Positions 7,661-16,998 of a stretch of DNA of 24,000 bases are shown here, in pieces (position 1 is the first letter of the stretch; every line of letters starts with the position of its first letter). The stretch spans positions 1,048,256 to 1,072,255 of the forward strand of contig NZ_JH597761.1 of assembly GCF_000243315.1 (NCBI RefSeq). The letters run 5' to 3'. This stretch comes from Metallosphaera yellowstonensis MK1. Lineage in GTDB: Archaea > Thermoproteota > Thermoprotei_A > Sulfolobales > Sulfolobaceae. The translations under genes and the position numbers were made by a program. The notes beneath the pieces were generated by a model that was not told the origin of the DNA, searched no databases, and was given only the letters and a program-made list of their open reading frames with translations.

Positions 7661-8329
7661 ATGAACGAGGAGCTGGACAGGAGGCTTGGAGGAATTCCCT
7701 TCCCCGCCCTAATCCTAATTGAAGGGGATCACGGAACTGGGAAGAGCGTCATGGCTGCTCAGTTCATATACGGTCTCCTTTCTTCGGGGAAGAGTGGTTA
7801 CGTGATCACCACTGAGCAGTCCACTTACGGTTACCTGAGGAAGATGAGGGAAGTAAAGGTGGACCTTATACCGTTCTTCCTTAGGGGAAAGCTGGGAGTG
7901 GCTCCACTGAACACCAGTAGGTTCAGCTGGAACTCCTCATTGGCCAAGAGGTTGCTCTACGTTATCCTGGACTTCATAAAGAGGGTGAGAGACTTCCTCT
8001 TGATCGACAGTCTGACAGTGATCTCAACTTTCTCTAGGAGGGAGGACTTAATGGAGTTCCTCAGGGGACTGAGGGTTGCGGTCACTGAGGGGAAGGGAAT
8101 AATCATAACTGTTCATCCCAACGCCTTCCCCGAGGACTTTGGTACCAGGGTGAAGAGTGAGGTCGACGTTTACTTCAGGACCAGCTCTGCCAGCATAGGT
8201 AACAGGAGACTAAAGGTAATCGAGAAGATCAAGACAAGCGAGGGAACTTTCGGCTCAGACTCCGTGTCCTTCGATGTTGATCCCAGCCTAGGCATTAAGG
8301 TAGTACCGCTCACCCTCTCGAGGGCGTGA
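7661..8329 (+). CDS. arlH: RecA/KaiC-like ATP-binding protein FlaH/ArlH
   Basis: It has Walker A GDHGTGKS near the N-terminus ([30 protein letters not shown]), the expected size (~222 aa) and operon position. The ATG at 7661 is preferred over the GTG at 7631. Confidence 0.9.
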   Translation: MNEELDRRLGGIPFPALILIEGDHGTGKSVMAAQFIYGLLSSGKSGYVITTEQSTYGYLRKMREVKVDLIPFFLRGKLGVAPLNTSRFSWNSSLAKRLLYVILDFIKRVRDFLLIDSLTVISTFSRREDLMEFLRGLRVAVTEGKGIIITVHPNAFPEDFGTRVKSEVDVYFRTSSASIGNRRLKVIEKIKTSEGTFGSDSVSFDVDPSLGIKVVPLTLSRA

Positions 8330-8331
8330 CC

Positions 8332-9873
8332 ATGGCCTTCGAATACCTGGATAAATACTTGGCTTCACTGGAGGAGAGGCCTGAGATGGTAGACGATCCC
8401 TCCAAATATAAGGGTTCTAGGGTCTTCAACATAGTCTACAGAGTGTCTGATGGGATCTTCGTTCACGTAACGAGCAGGAAGTCAGATGACGGATACTTTC
8501 AGTACATCGTGATCGAACCTCCCAGGCCTCCACAGAGGATCCTGGATGAGGCAGAGGTTCAGTTCGCTAAGATCATAAACTACAGGGAAAAGGTCCCAGA
8601 GACAGTACAAGAAAAGGAGGAGAAGATGAAGAGGTTGCTGGCCAAGGTGAAGGTTAGAGAATTCAACAGGGAGTACCTCATGTATCACTTCGTAAGGGAC
8701 AAGCTCTATTCAGGACCCATAGAGCCCCTAATAAGGGATCCATTCATTGAGGACATCAGCCTCCCTGGATTGGGTCACGTTTACATAGTTCACAAGCTCT
8801 TCGGCCCCATGAAGACCTCCATCAAGATTGATACTCAAGAGGAGTTGGACGAACTGATAGTGACCCTGAGCGAGAAGACGTTGAGGCCCGTATCCCACAA
8901 CAGGCCCATAATCGATGCCTCTCTTCCAGACGGATCGAGAGTTAACTTCGTTTTTGGCACAGATATAAGCAGGAGGGGGTCTAACCTCACTATCAGGAAG
9001 TTCAGCAAGGTGCCCATGAGTATAACCCAGCTAGTGGCAGGGGGAACCATTTCACCAACATTGGCCGGTTACCTGTGGATGATGCTCGATGAGGGAATGA
9101 ACCTTTTCGTGTGTGGGGAAACTGCCTCAGGAAAGACAACTACGCTTAACGCCATCACCGCGTTCATTAAGCCCAATCAGAAGATCGTCACCATTGAGGA
9201 CACCCCTGAGCTAACTGTCCCCCACGAGAATTGGGTCGCAGAAGTGACCAGGGAGACCGGGGGCGAGGGCACGGTGAAGTTGTTCGACCTCCTCAAGGCA
9301 GCCTTGAGACAGAGGCCCAATTACATACTTGTGGGGGAGATAAGGGACAGGGAAGGTAACGTGGCCTTCCAGGCCATGCAAACTGGACACTCTGTGATGG
9401 CAACTTTCCACGCAGCCAACATCAGGACGTTGGTCCAGAGGCTCAGCGGTTACCCCATAGAGGTTCCTAAGTCCTATATCAACAACCTTAACATAGCCCT
9501 CTTCCAGAGTGCCCTGTACGACAAGAAGGGTAACTCAGTGAGGAGAGTCATAGAGGTGGACGAGATAATCGACGTGGATCCCATAACCAACGATGTGGTT
9601 TTCGTACCTGCCTTCACTTACGATCCCGTTTATGATCAGATAAACTTCGCAGGCAAGGGTTCCTCGTTCCTGATAGAGAACAAGATAGCGGTGAGGAGGG
9701 GGATAGACAGGAGAAATATGAGCGTCCTCTACGAAGAGTTGAACTTGAGGTCAAAGTTCATAAATCTCTTGGTAGAGAAGGGTGTGTTCAACTACTTCCA
9801 GGTGTGGGAATGGATTCTCAAGGCTAGACAGATCGGTCTAGAGGAGGCGGTGAGACAGATTGCCGTTACGTAG
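8332..9873 (+). CDS. arlI: Archaellum motor ATPase FlaI/ArlI (type II/IV secretion ATPase superfamily)
   Basis: It has Walker [11 protein letters not shown], Walker B/Asp box [10 protein letters not shown], and [18 protein letters not shown]. Long stretches match my recollection of S. acidocaldarius FlaI (e.g. [37 protein letters not shown]). From the ATG at 8332 it is 513 aa. Confidence 0.97.
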   Translation: MAFEYLDKYLASLEERPEMVDDPSKYKGSRVFNIVYRVSDGIFVHVTSRKSDDGYFQYIVIEPPRPPQRILDEAEVQFAKIINYREKVPETVQEKEEKMKRLLAKVKVREFNREYLMYHFVRDKLYSGPIEPLIRDPFIEDISLPGLGHVYIVHKLFGPMKTSIKIDTQEELDELIVTLSEKTLRPVSHNRPIIDASLPDGSRVNFVFGTDISRRGSNLTIRKFSKVPMSITQLVAGGTISPTLAGYLWMMLDEGMNLFVCGETASGKTTTLNAITAFIKPNQKIVTIEDTPELTVPHENWVAEVTRETGGEGTVKLFDLLKAALRQRPNYILVGEIRDREGNVAFQAMQTGHSVMATFHAANIRTLVQRLSGYPIEVPKSYINNLNIALFQSALYDKKGNSVRRVIEVDEIIDVDPITNDVVFVPAFTYDPVYDQINFAGKGSSFLIENKIAVRRGIDRRNMSVLYEELNLRSKFINLLVEKGVFNYFQVWEWILKARQIGLEEAVRQIAVT

Positions 9874-11287
9874 TAAAGAAGAGTTGGACTCCAGGTTCAT
9901 CTTCCTCATAGCCTACATGCTGGCCCTCTTTACAGCTGATCTCCCCCCAGAGACCATAGTGGTTCTCCTCTCTGGTCTTGAGTATTTCGGTGAGTACTCT
10001 AAGACCTTCAGCAAGTTAAAGACCTTGATTCACGGTTATAGGTACAAATTCTCCACTGCCATAAACGTGGTTAGCTCTAAGGTTTACATAAAACCCTTCA
10101 GGGAGTTCATCATCAGGTTCTCCCAGGCTCTGTCCCACGGTGACAACATGATATCTTTCCTGAACAGGGAGATAGAGATGACCTTGAACGATTATGAGGC
10201 CAACATGAATAGGAAGATAGACTCCATGAACAACTTTCTGGCCATATATGGTAGCTTAAGCAGTTCCCTCGTCTTCCTCATGGTCAACCTAACATTGATC
10301 TCCATACTGTTCGACGTAGGCACCTCGGCACTCAAGTTGCTATCTCTGGCCATGGTGATGGTAATCGTACTCATGACGTTAGTAATTTACCTCCTGTACA
10401 GACCCGAAGTTTACATCCTCTTGAGGAGATATGAAAGAGTTATGGGCATTCTTGCCGTGATGAGCTGCGTCATACTCATGATGATGGGTAGGAACTTCGT
10501 CTGGGTGGCCTTGGGGGGTGGAGTCCTCGTGGGTGCAGGAACGTATTTCAGGTTGAGGGAGAGGAGGCTCAGTACACTAGAGAGACACTACATAGCCTTC
10601 GTCACTTACTTTTCCAGGACCTTCTCCGTCGTAAACAACCTCATGGACACCCTCCTCAGTGTCATGCGAGGTGATCTGGGAACAATGAGACCGTTAGTAA
10701 CCGTGTCCCTCAACAGACTAAAGTATGGGGTTAAGAAGTCCATCATATTCGAGATGATGGGAGAGGAGAGCGGGAGCGTCCTCATACTCATGATGAACAG
10801 GATACTCTCGGCGACCATCGAGCTGGGCGGTAACGTCAAGGAAGTAGGCGAGACCATATCGAAAGTTGGAGTAGCACTCCTGAACCTAAGGGCCAGGAGA
10901 GAACAGAACGGCAGGGCGTTTGAGGCCTCGGTATATGCCATGCAGGCTGCGAGCTCTGCGATAGGAGGGGCCCTCCTGGCCCTTATACAAGTCTTCGAGA
11001 ACATATTCACCACTAACGTCATAAGTTCCATCTTTACGTTAGGTCAGGTCAGTATACCCGAGCTCTCCATACTCCTCCTGGCGATATTGGTGGCTTTATC
11101 GTTCGCCAACGGCGTGTCTATAGCCATAGCATACGGTAAATCATTTTTCTCGTCTTTGTATTTCATAGGAATATTGTTGATAATAACTGCCCTGAGCTTT
11201 CACTACACCTACGTATTAACTGGGGGTATATTCTCCGGAGTGTTTCAGGGATTGCCATCAGTTTCCAGTATTCCGCAGGGAGTTTAG
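9860..11287 (+). CDS. arlJ: Archaellum polytopic membrane platform protein FlaJ/ArlJ
   Basis: It is the last gene of the operon at ~475 aa, with alternating cytoplasmic domains and TM bundles typical of TadB/C-like FlaJ. The start is uncertain: a TTG at 9860 overlaps the arlI end, with alternatives at TTG 9884 and ATG 9917. Confidence 0.9.
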   Translation: MPLRSKEELDSRFIFLIAYMLALFTADLPPETIVVLLSGLEYFGEYSKTFSKLKTLIHGYRYKFSTAINVVSSKVYIKPFREFIIRFSQALSHGDNMISFLNREIEMTLNDYEANMNRKIDSMNNFLAIYGSLSSSLVFLMVNLTLISILFDVGTSALKLLSLAMVMVIVLMTLVIYLLYRPEVYILLRRYERVMGILAVMSCVILMMMGRNFVWVALGGGVLVGAGTYFRLRERRLSTLERHYIAFVTYFSRTFSVVNNLMDTLLSVMRGDLGTMRPLVTVSLNRLKYGVKKSIIFEMMGEESGSVLILMMNRILSATIELGGNVKEVGETISKVGVALLNLRARREQNGRAFEASVYAMQAASSAIGGALLALIQVFENIFTTNVISSIFTLGQVSIPELSILLLAILVALSFANGVSIAIAYGKSFFSSLYFIGILLIITALSFHYTYVLTGGIFSGVFQGLPSVSSIPQGV

Positions 11288-11535
11288 CTTCTGGAGAGTT
11301 CAGCCTTCATCGTGACTAATAGTCACTTTTCGTGACTATTAATCACTTAGCCTCATCACTCCTTCTCCCTCTCCATGCCGTCTACGGGAGCGGTAGTTAA
11401 ACCACTCCCTTCAAGGACATGGGGAGTTTCATTGGGTGCCTTCCTCCACCTCGCAACTGCTCATAGACTTCATAGTGGCACCTCCAATTTAATGTTATCA
11501 CAAAAATTTATAAATTTTTCCGCTACTTACAAGGT

Positions 11536-11700
11536 ATGGAGCAGATAGTTTTCAGAGGTGTCATATCCTCAGCTGGTAGTGATAAGTACGGTGAGAAGAG
11601 GTATGCAATATACATCCCTAAGAGTGTGAAAGAGAAGGCTGGGAAAATTGCTGGAAAGGAGGTGATTATAATTGTCATCCTACCGGATGATGAGGAGTAA
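11536..11700 (+). CDS. Small AbrB/SpoVT/MazE-fold DNA-binding protein (54 aa; below the ORF-track cutoff)
   Basis: My translation is MEQIVFRGVISSAGSDKYGEKRYAIYIPKSVKEKAGKIAGKEVIIIVILPDDEE. The segment YAIYIPKSVKEKAGKIAGKEVII fits the swapped-hairpin motif (x-I-P-K-x-h-R/K-E-x-h-x-h-x-x-G-x-x-V). The TATA-like ATTTATAAATTTTT (11505-11518) lies ~25 nt upstream. It overlaps the next ORF by 29 nt. Confidence 0.55.
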   Translation: MEQIVFRGVISSAGSDKYGEKRYAIYIPKSVKEKAGKIAGKEVIIIVILPDDEE

Positions 11701-12743
11701 ATTAATTGGCTCTAAGGAAGCAATTGATAACTTCCAGTTTGTTACAATAAATGGTAGGGTTGAGTTTGAAGACGTTGAAAGAATCTCAAGGATTGCTTAC
11801 TCTTACTCAAAGGCTGTGAAGGCTGGGATTAACCTGGCTTTAAAAGGAGTTTCATTAAATGATGCTGTTAAGGAGTTGTATAATATCATCCCTTACGCCT
11901 TTTATGCAGAGACTGCTTATAAGCAGGCTTTAGCTCTTGTTAATGGTAATAAGGTTGAGATTAAAAAGAGATGGATCGCTTGTAGAGGCAATAAAGCTGA
12001 TAATGGTAATAGGGGGATTAAGTTTCACGTTTTTCAAGACCACGTTGAAGTTAAAGTTAAAGACCCATGGGGTAAGTGGGTTCACGGGAAGGCGTACTTA
12101 GGCAAGGAGTACTTACCATCACTTTCTGAGCTAGAGGAGTTATCTCGAAGGAAGGAGGAGGGTTACGGTGCTGTAGTAAGTTTCAAGCATTACCCTATGA
12201 TCCACCTCCAAATCCCACTCTGGTTGTACTTAAAGCACTTCTCTTCGCCGAAACCCAATGGTTACGGTTTGGTTGCCGGTTTTGATTTAAATAGTGATAG
12301 GTTGAACGTTGTTGTAGTTAATGAGGAGGGTAAAGTTGTTACTGAAAAGACGTGGTGGTATTCGGATGTTACTAGACCAGGTTTTCCTAAAGGGAAAGCT
12401 ATGGCTTTGCGTTTGAATGCTCTATCACAAGCCCTTAATTTCCTATCAAGGGTTGGTGTTGATTACGTAGTTTTTGAGGACTTATTCCTATAAGAAGAGG
12501 AGGTTCACTAGGAGTAGGAGTGGTAATAGGAAGGTTTCGCGTTTCGCTAAGAGGCAAATGTTAATTCACGGTGTTATTAAAGCACTTAGGTTAGGTTTCA
12601 ACGTTGTGTTAGTTAATCCAAAGGGTACTACAAACTCGGAAGAACATGAAAAGGTGATGAGGGAGAAGGGATTTGATAGGCATACAGCCTCTGCTTACTT
12701 AATAGCATTAAAGGGATTAGAAGTAATTAAAAATAACGAATAG
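11672..12743 (+). pseudogene. TnpB-like (IS200/IS605 OrfB superfamily) RuvC-fold protein lacking the zinc ribbon, interrupted by a +1 frameshift near 12488
   Basis: Two ORFs (11672..12493 and 12474..12743) join into ~356 aa. RuvC-I-like is GFDLNSDRLNVVVV, RuvC-II-like is DYVVFEDL, then LVNPKGTTNS (the yTSq equivalent) and RuvC-III-like DRHTASAYLIA. There is no CxxC...CxxC between motifs II and III. The frame changes right after FEDLF. Confidence 0.65.
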
Positions 12744-12782
12744 TTACGTAAATGTGCTATAGACTACGGAATTTTTACGTAA
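12744..12782 (+). repeat. 9-bp perfect inverted repeat (TTACGTAAA ... TTTACGTAA) immediately after the TnpB-like stop codon
   Basis: The arms are at 12744-12752 and 12774-12782 with a 21-nt spacer. The position is consistent with a right-end or terminator hairpin. Confidence 0.6.
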
Positions 12783-13033
12783 GTTTTAAATATTTTCAAT
12801 TACTTCTAAATATAGTTTTGATGCAATTCATGTTTATATAACTTTACCAAAATTTCCCCTGATGGCCTCCCGGCTGATGATGGACACTGCTCACAGGATG
12901 GTAGCGATTAAAGAGATGGAGGGTATATTTTTCTAGTATATCTTCACAAGATTTCCTGGCTCTTCTGAAGAGCCAACCGTAAAGGCCCTCTCCTTTTTCC
13001 CAAGACAAATCGTACTCCCTTCTTCCTAACTTT

Positions 13034-14356
13034 TTAATATGCTTCCTCAACGAATATGGGAGTTTCAAGCATAGCCAAAAATAGCGGTATCGGGATAATA
13101 CTATCACCGATTTGGTCTTTACTGACATACACGAACTTCTTTACCTTCCCCAATACCTTTTTACTCCCCTCCCTCACCTTTCCGTACTTGACCTCAACAC
13201 CAAGATACTCTTCACCCCGTCTAACTATTATGTCCACCTCACCGTTAGTCCTGGCATAGCCCACCTCGTAGAGCCTTGAAAGGTGGGCAATCGTAACAGC
13301 CTCTGCCAGTTTCGGGTAGTCTAGGGGCTTACTCATGGTCCACCTCGTGAAACTGTGGTAAATAAATGGGTCTATGAAGTAGAACTTCTTCAGTTTTTTG
13401 TGTAGGGGCAAACCCGTGTTTACGTCCATAGTATCAACGACCTCCATCAAGTGTAACTTTTCCATTAAATCGACGTAACTTATAGCAGTTTTTACAGTCC
13501 CAACGCCGTAGTCTTTTGAGATGGTGTGGAAGCTGTACTCTGACGACGCTCTCTCAACTATCGCCTTTGCTGTGAGTTTGAAGAACCTCTCACTCCTCCT
13601 TAACTTGTTTATATCACTTATGATACTTGAGATGAAGTCTTCTTCAGTAGTTTTGTTAACCCTCCCCTCGTTTATGAAGTCCTTTATGGCGTTTGGAAAC
13701 CCTCCCGTAAGTAAGTAGTTTTCAAACACTTCCTTCAGCTTGGGCAGGTAACCCACGTACTTGGTGTAGTTATCTAGGACGAATTGTAAGTCCCCTGTAG
13801 GTATGTTTATACCGAAGAGTTTGACATATTGTGAAAAGGGGAGGGGAAGCATTATCAAAGTCCTCCCCTTTCCCCTCCTACCTGGAAAGGTCTCTGTTTC
13901 CCCTTTGGCCTTAATTGACAGAGAGCCAGATAATATTAGTACGTCGTTACTGAACTTCCCCACATCGATCCTGTGTTTAATGCTCCTAAACCAGTCTTTG
14001 GGGAAGGTGACTTCGTCTAATATGATGACTGAACTCTTAACTCCTTCCCTTCTCCTAATCTTGTCGTATTCCTCTAAAATCTCGTCCAACTCCTTATAAT
14101 CAGCCAGTTTGTCGCAAGCGAAGTAAAAGATGGACTTAGGGTTATAACCCATCTCCAGTAGCTTTTTCACGAGGAGTATCAACGCCGTACTTTTACCCAC
14201 TTGTCTTGGGCCGAACAAAAAGTTTAAGGAGTAGGGTTGGAGAGATATGGGGAGTTCCACTTCCCACTTACCTTTTGATTGCTGGTACTTCTTATAGCAT
14301 TCGTTTTCAGAGATGAGCCCTGGTGAGAGCCACCATGGGTTTTGTTCCTCAATCAT
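13034..14356 (-). CDS. AAA+ ATPase of the archaeal COG1373-like family (AAA_14 + DUF4143-like region) with a C-terminal PD-(D/E)xK-like motif
   Basis: It has Walker A GPRQVGKST, Walker B VIILDEV, the N-terminal NPWW signature typical of this family, and C-terminal GEVDIIV...GVEVKYGK. Confidence 0.8.
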   Translation of the reverse strand: MIEEQNPWWLSPGLISENECYKKYQQSKGKWEVELPISLQPYSLNFLFGPRQVGKSTALILLVKKLLEMGYNPKSIFYFACDKLADYKELDEILEEYDKIRRREGVKSSVIILDEVTFPKDWFRSIKHRIDVGKFSNDVLILSGSLSIKAKGETETFPGRRGKGRTLIMLPLPFSQYVKLFGINIPTGDLQFVLDNYTKYVGYLPKLKEVFENYLLTGGFPNAIKDFINEGRVNKTTEEDFISSIISDINKLRRSERFFKLTAKAIVERASSEYSFHTISKDYGVGTVKTAISYVDLMEKLHLMEVVDTMDVNTGLPLHKKLKKFYFIDPFIYHSFTRWTMSKPLDYPKLAEAVTIAHLSRLYEVGYARTNGEVDIIVRRGEEYLGVEVKYGKVREGSKKVLGKVKKFVYVSKDQIGDSIIPIPLFLAMLETPIFVEEAY

Positions 14357-14796
14357 ATGTAATTACACTCTACAAGGGTTTATAAAGCTCGTTTACTCTG
14401 ACTCCACAAGCCTTTATAAACGAAATGTGGCAAGGGATTGTCCTGAGTGGAGATAACTCAATGAATATGAAATGACAGAGATGTAATATTACACCTAATT
14501 GAGAATAAAGGAGAATTACCTTCACGCGTCGCTGAGCTCCGTTTGCCCCTACACTTTCATTTCACTCATCTTATGTTCAATCATGATGGAGTGCAGGGAC
14601 TTAGCCCTCAGCCACCTACCAGCCTTAACGGTAGGTGGGTCACGGAACTCCTTGGAGCCCAAGGGCAAGGGACTCACATCTCTGCTATCACTCCCACCCC
14701 TTTGGGCTTAGCCCACATCGGCGTGAGAGGTCATCCTTTATCACCAAAAAAAGATTTCTGTTAACACGAAAAAGGATTCAGCCCATCTGAACGTTG

Positions 14797-15816
14797 TTAG
14801 AAAACAGGTATGAAGTCCTCCTCCTTGAGATCCTTGACTTCTTCCCCGGTTATTCCCAACTCCGGGATGGCCGGCATGGGAACCCCGTATCTACTCAAGG
14901 TAGATCCTACCCTGAGTATAGCCATCCTCCACGCCTCTTCCTTCTCCTTAAGTTCAGGGATATAGAATCCGGCCTCCCTGGCCAGATCCTCCATGTGCTC
15001 GTTAACCTCCTGGAACCACGATGGCAGTCTCCAGAAGTCCTTGGGAGGCCTATATGTTATTAAAGAGAGGAACACGAAGCCTGCCCTGACCTGTTTCGAT
15101 ACGAGTTTCTTCCTCTCCTCGCTCATGGAGGACGCGTTCTCAGTCATAATGAGATGAGTGAACGCATAGTGTCTGGTTTCGTCCACAGCAGTCTTCTTGA
15201 ACAACTTGGAGAACTCCTCCACTTTCGCCCCCTTGGACATGGTACTGAACACGGTGGTGGCTGCAGCTTCCCCCATCATGAAGGAGGTAAAAAGGACGTC
15301 CATGGTGTATTTACTGTAAGCCTCTAGGTATGCCTTCCAGTATCTCGACCCGTTATACCAGGCCCATAGGGTATTGAGCTTAACCTTCCTCTCCAACTCA
15401 TCCTGTGGCTTAAAATTGAAGGGATACCCGGGAAGGACGCTATTGATGGCCAGTCCGCACATGACGTTGTGTCTGTTCTCGTCGAAGGTTATGGTGGTGA
15501 GCACTCCCTTAACTGCGGTGTCGAGGTGCAGTTCGTGTGCCTTTACTAGCGCATAGGCGAATACAGGGGTAGCGTTATCAAAGGTGGAGAGTAGTGACCA
15601 CCAGTAGGCTATGGCCAACCTCTGTTTCCTGTCCAACCCTGACGCTATCTCCCTGACCCTGTTCCAGTCTATCTCCTCCTCGTCCCACTGTTCCCTCTTG
15701 GCCCTCCTGTAGAGTTGCCAGGCCCTCTCATTGTCGAAGTTCCACCTGGGAGGGTAGACGTTGAACTCGGGGAAAATGGGTTCAAGCTCGTAGTTTACAG
15801 ACATCCTCTCACTCAT
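14797..15816 (-). CDS. Ferritin-like di-iron carboxylate protein (ribonucleotide reductase R2-like / di-iron oxygenase superfamily)
   Basis: It has two ExxH motifs (FDENRH, VDETRH) plus upstream acidic ligand candidates (STFDN, MMGE). The N-terminal segment QWDEEEIDWNRV...LDRKQR resembles R2 helix 1. Oligo-T tracts lie on the minus strand downstream of its stop (14746-14753). Confidence 0.65.
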   Translation of the reverse strand: MSERMSVNYELEPIFPEFNVYPPRWNFDNERAWQLYRRAKREQWDEEEIDWNRVREIASGLDRKQRLAIAYWWSLLSTFDNATPVFAYALVKAHELHLDTAVKGVLTTITFDENRHNVMCGLAINSVLPGYPFNFKPQDELERKVKLNTLWAWYNGSRYWKAYLEAYSKYTMDVLFTSFMMGEAAATTVFSTMSKGAKVEEFSKLFKKTAVDETRHYAFTHLIMTENASSMSEERKKLVSKQVRAGFVFLSLITYRPPKDFWRLPSWFQEVNEHMEDLAREAGFYIPELKEKEEAWRMAILRVGSTLSRYGVPMPAIPELGITGEEVKDLKEEDFIPVF

Positions 15817-15984
15817 TTTATAGTGATAATCTCAGTTATATAAAGATTCCTTAAAACCTATAAATGAACTAGAATATTATATATGTCTTTGCTTTATACT
15901 CCAAGGGTAAAGGAGCCCTTAGTTTCTGTGCTGTTCAGGACTTTACGTCGAGCCTCACCGTTGTCAACGGCGTCTCATAAGTCC

Positions 15985-16015
15985 TCTGTGATAAAACAAA
16001 CGACAAACCTCGCCC
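15985..16015 (+). repeat. Direct repeat copy 1 (27/27 identical core TGATAAAACAAACGACAAACCTCGCCC; 30/31 extended)
   Basis: The core is identical to 17708..17734. Confidence 0.9.
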
Positions 16016-16189
16016 GGGCAATTCAGGACTCCTTTGCGAATTGTAATATCTCTGTTGATTTGGACTTATTCAATGGAGGAATTACTGAACAGCAGTTATG
16101 GGAATCTTAGGGAGGTAATACCAAGAACTTGGTATTAGCGAGAAGTTTTTAAACGACACCGTGGACCACAATACTCCAGGGGGGAGGAC

Positions 16190-16895
16190 GTGAGCCCCTG
16201 AGAACCACTGGATCTACTGCCACGCCCACGGGAGGTTCGAGAGGGCCAAGCTCCTCACGGTCGCCATAGTGGACCTCAAGCAGGACGTTCAAGGTTTCCC
16301 CTACGCCGTGAGGAAGATGTTGGACTTGGGGATGGTCAACGAGTTCAAGACCAAGATCGAGATGGCCAGATGTTGGACGTGCTCAAGGGGTACTTCCGCG
16401 TGTCCAGGGTAGTCTTCGACTCCAGTACTGTCCGAGAAGCTCGTGACGGACAACGTGGTGTCTGAGCTCAAGTCAAACAGAGCCCAGGGTCGAGTCGGCC
16501 CGGGGGACCCTCGAGGAGGTGGAGGGACACCTCCGAGTGTGAGACCTACACCCTGGAGTCTACTACGCCGACCTGACCCCGGTAGGCCGAGCAATTACGG
16601 TAAAGTTGCCAGTCCGGGAATATAAACGTGACTCCATGACACACGTCAGGTACCTCTACACGACCGACCTCTCGCTCAGCGAGGAGGAGATCGAGGAGGC
16701 CTGTCGGGTGGGAGACCGAGGAGCTCCACAGGGACGTCAAGGCCCTGGGACTGGAGGACTCCTCGTTCTGGAGGAGGGAGAGGCTTCAGGGCTACCTCGC
16801 GATCTTCACCGTGACCAACGTCGTCAGGGAGCTGGTGGGGGAGCTGAACCTGAGGAGCGCGGAGGCGTTCCTCAGGTCCTCGAGCGCCATTTAGG
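16190..16895 (+). pseudogene. Degraded DDE transposase (IS4/IS5/ISH3-like C-terminal signature), multiple frameshifts, high GC
   Basis: Coding sense can be followed only by hopping frames: HWIYCHAHGRFERAKLLTVAIVDLKQDVQGFPYAVRKMLDLGMVNEF..., then LDVLKGYFRVSRVVFDS..., then VYYADLTPVGRAITVKLPVREYKRDSMTHVRYLYTTDLSLSEEEIEEA..., then WETEELHRDVKALGLEDSSFWRRERLQGYLAIFTVTNV. The last piece fits the Y-x2-R-W-x-x-E-x6-K type motif. A hand count of one 60-nt line gave ~63% GC. Confidence 0.65.
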
Positions 16896-16998
16896 CTGAT
16901 CGCCGGGGCTGATGAAAATCTTTAAGTTACGTTAAAGTCCCATAACTGCTGAAGATTTAATGAAGAGATTTAAAGGAATACAGTGCTATATATTATTG

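Noticed and set aside
1114-11031. Antisense or overlapping ORFs inside confident genes (1114..1350, 1856..2041, 2620..2940, 2813..3055, 2950..3252, 6081..6362, 7112..7375, 8482..8688, 8835..9050, 9211..9411, 10192..10374, 10606..11031)
   Set aside because: These are shadow ORFs on the opposite strand or in alternate frames of strongly supported genes. Their composition is Arg/Pro/Ser/Leu-biased and they have no motifs.
12783-12800. Possible guide-like match between the sequence 3' of the TnpB-like hairpin (GTTTTAAATATTTT) and the arlB upstream region (GTTTAAATATAAAA at ~4855)
   Set aside because: It is only ~10 nt with an indel in AT-rich low-complexity DNA, which is expected by chance. This is not evidence of RNA-guided targeting.
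12844-13128. 94-aa minus-strand ORF overlapping the 3' end of the AAA+ ATPase gene
   Set aside because: It overlaps the ATPase by 95 nt, has no motif and no obvious promoter. It may be a relic. The evidence is insufficient to call it.
13056-15556. ORFs 13056..13259, 13521..13718, 13803..14099 and 15374..15556
   Set aside because: They are shadow ORFs antisense to the AAA+ ATPase and di-iron genes.
15883-16110. 75-aa ORF in the di-iron gene upstream region
   Set aside because: It runs through the 27-bp direct repeat and promoter DNA. Its sequence is low-complexity and Ser/Leu-rich with no motif.
16301-16899. ORFs 16301..16594(-), 16443..16625, 16546..16740(-) and 16606..16899
   Set aside because: These Gly/Pro/Arg-rich translations are out-of-frame readings of the high-GC degraded transposase, not genes.
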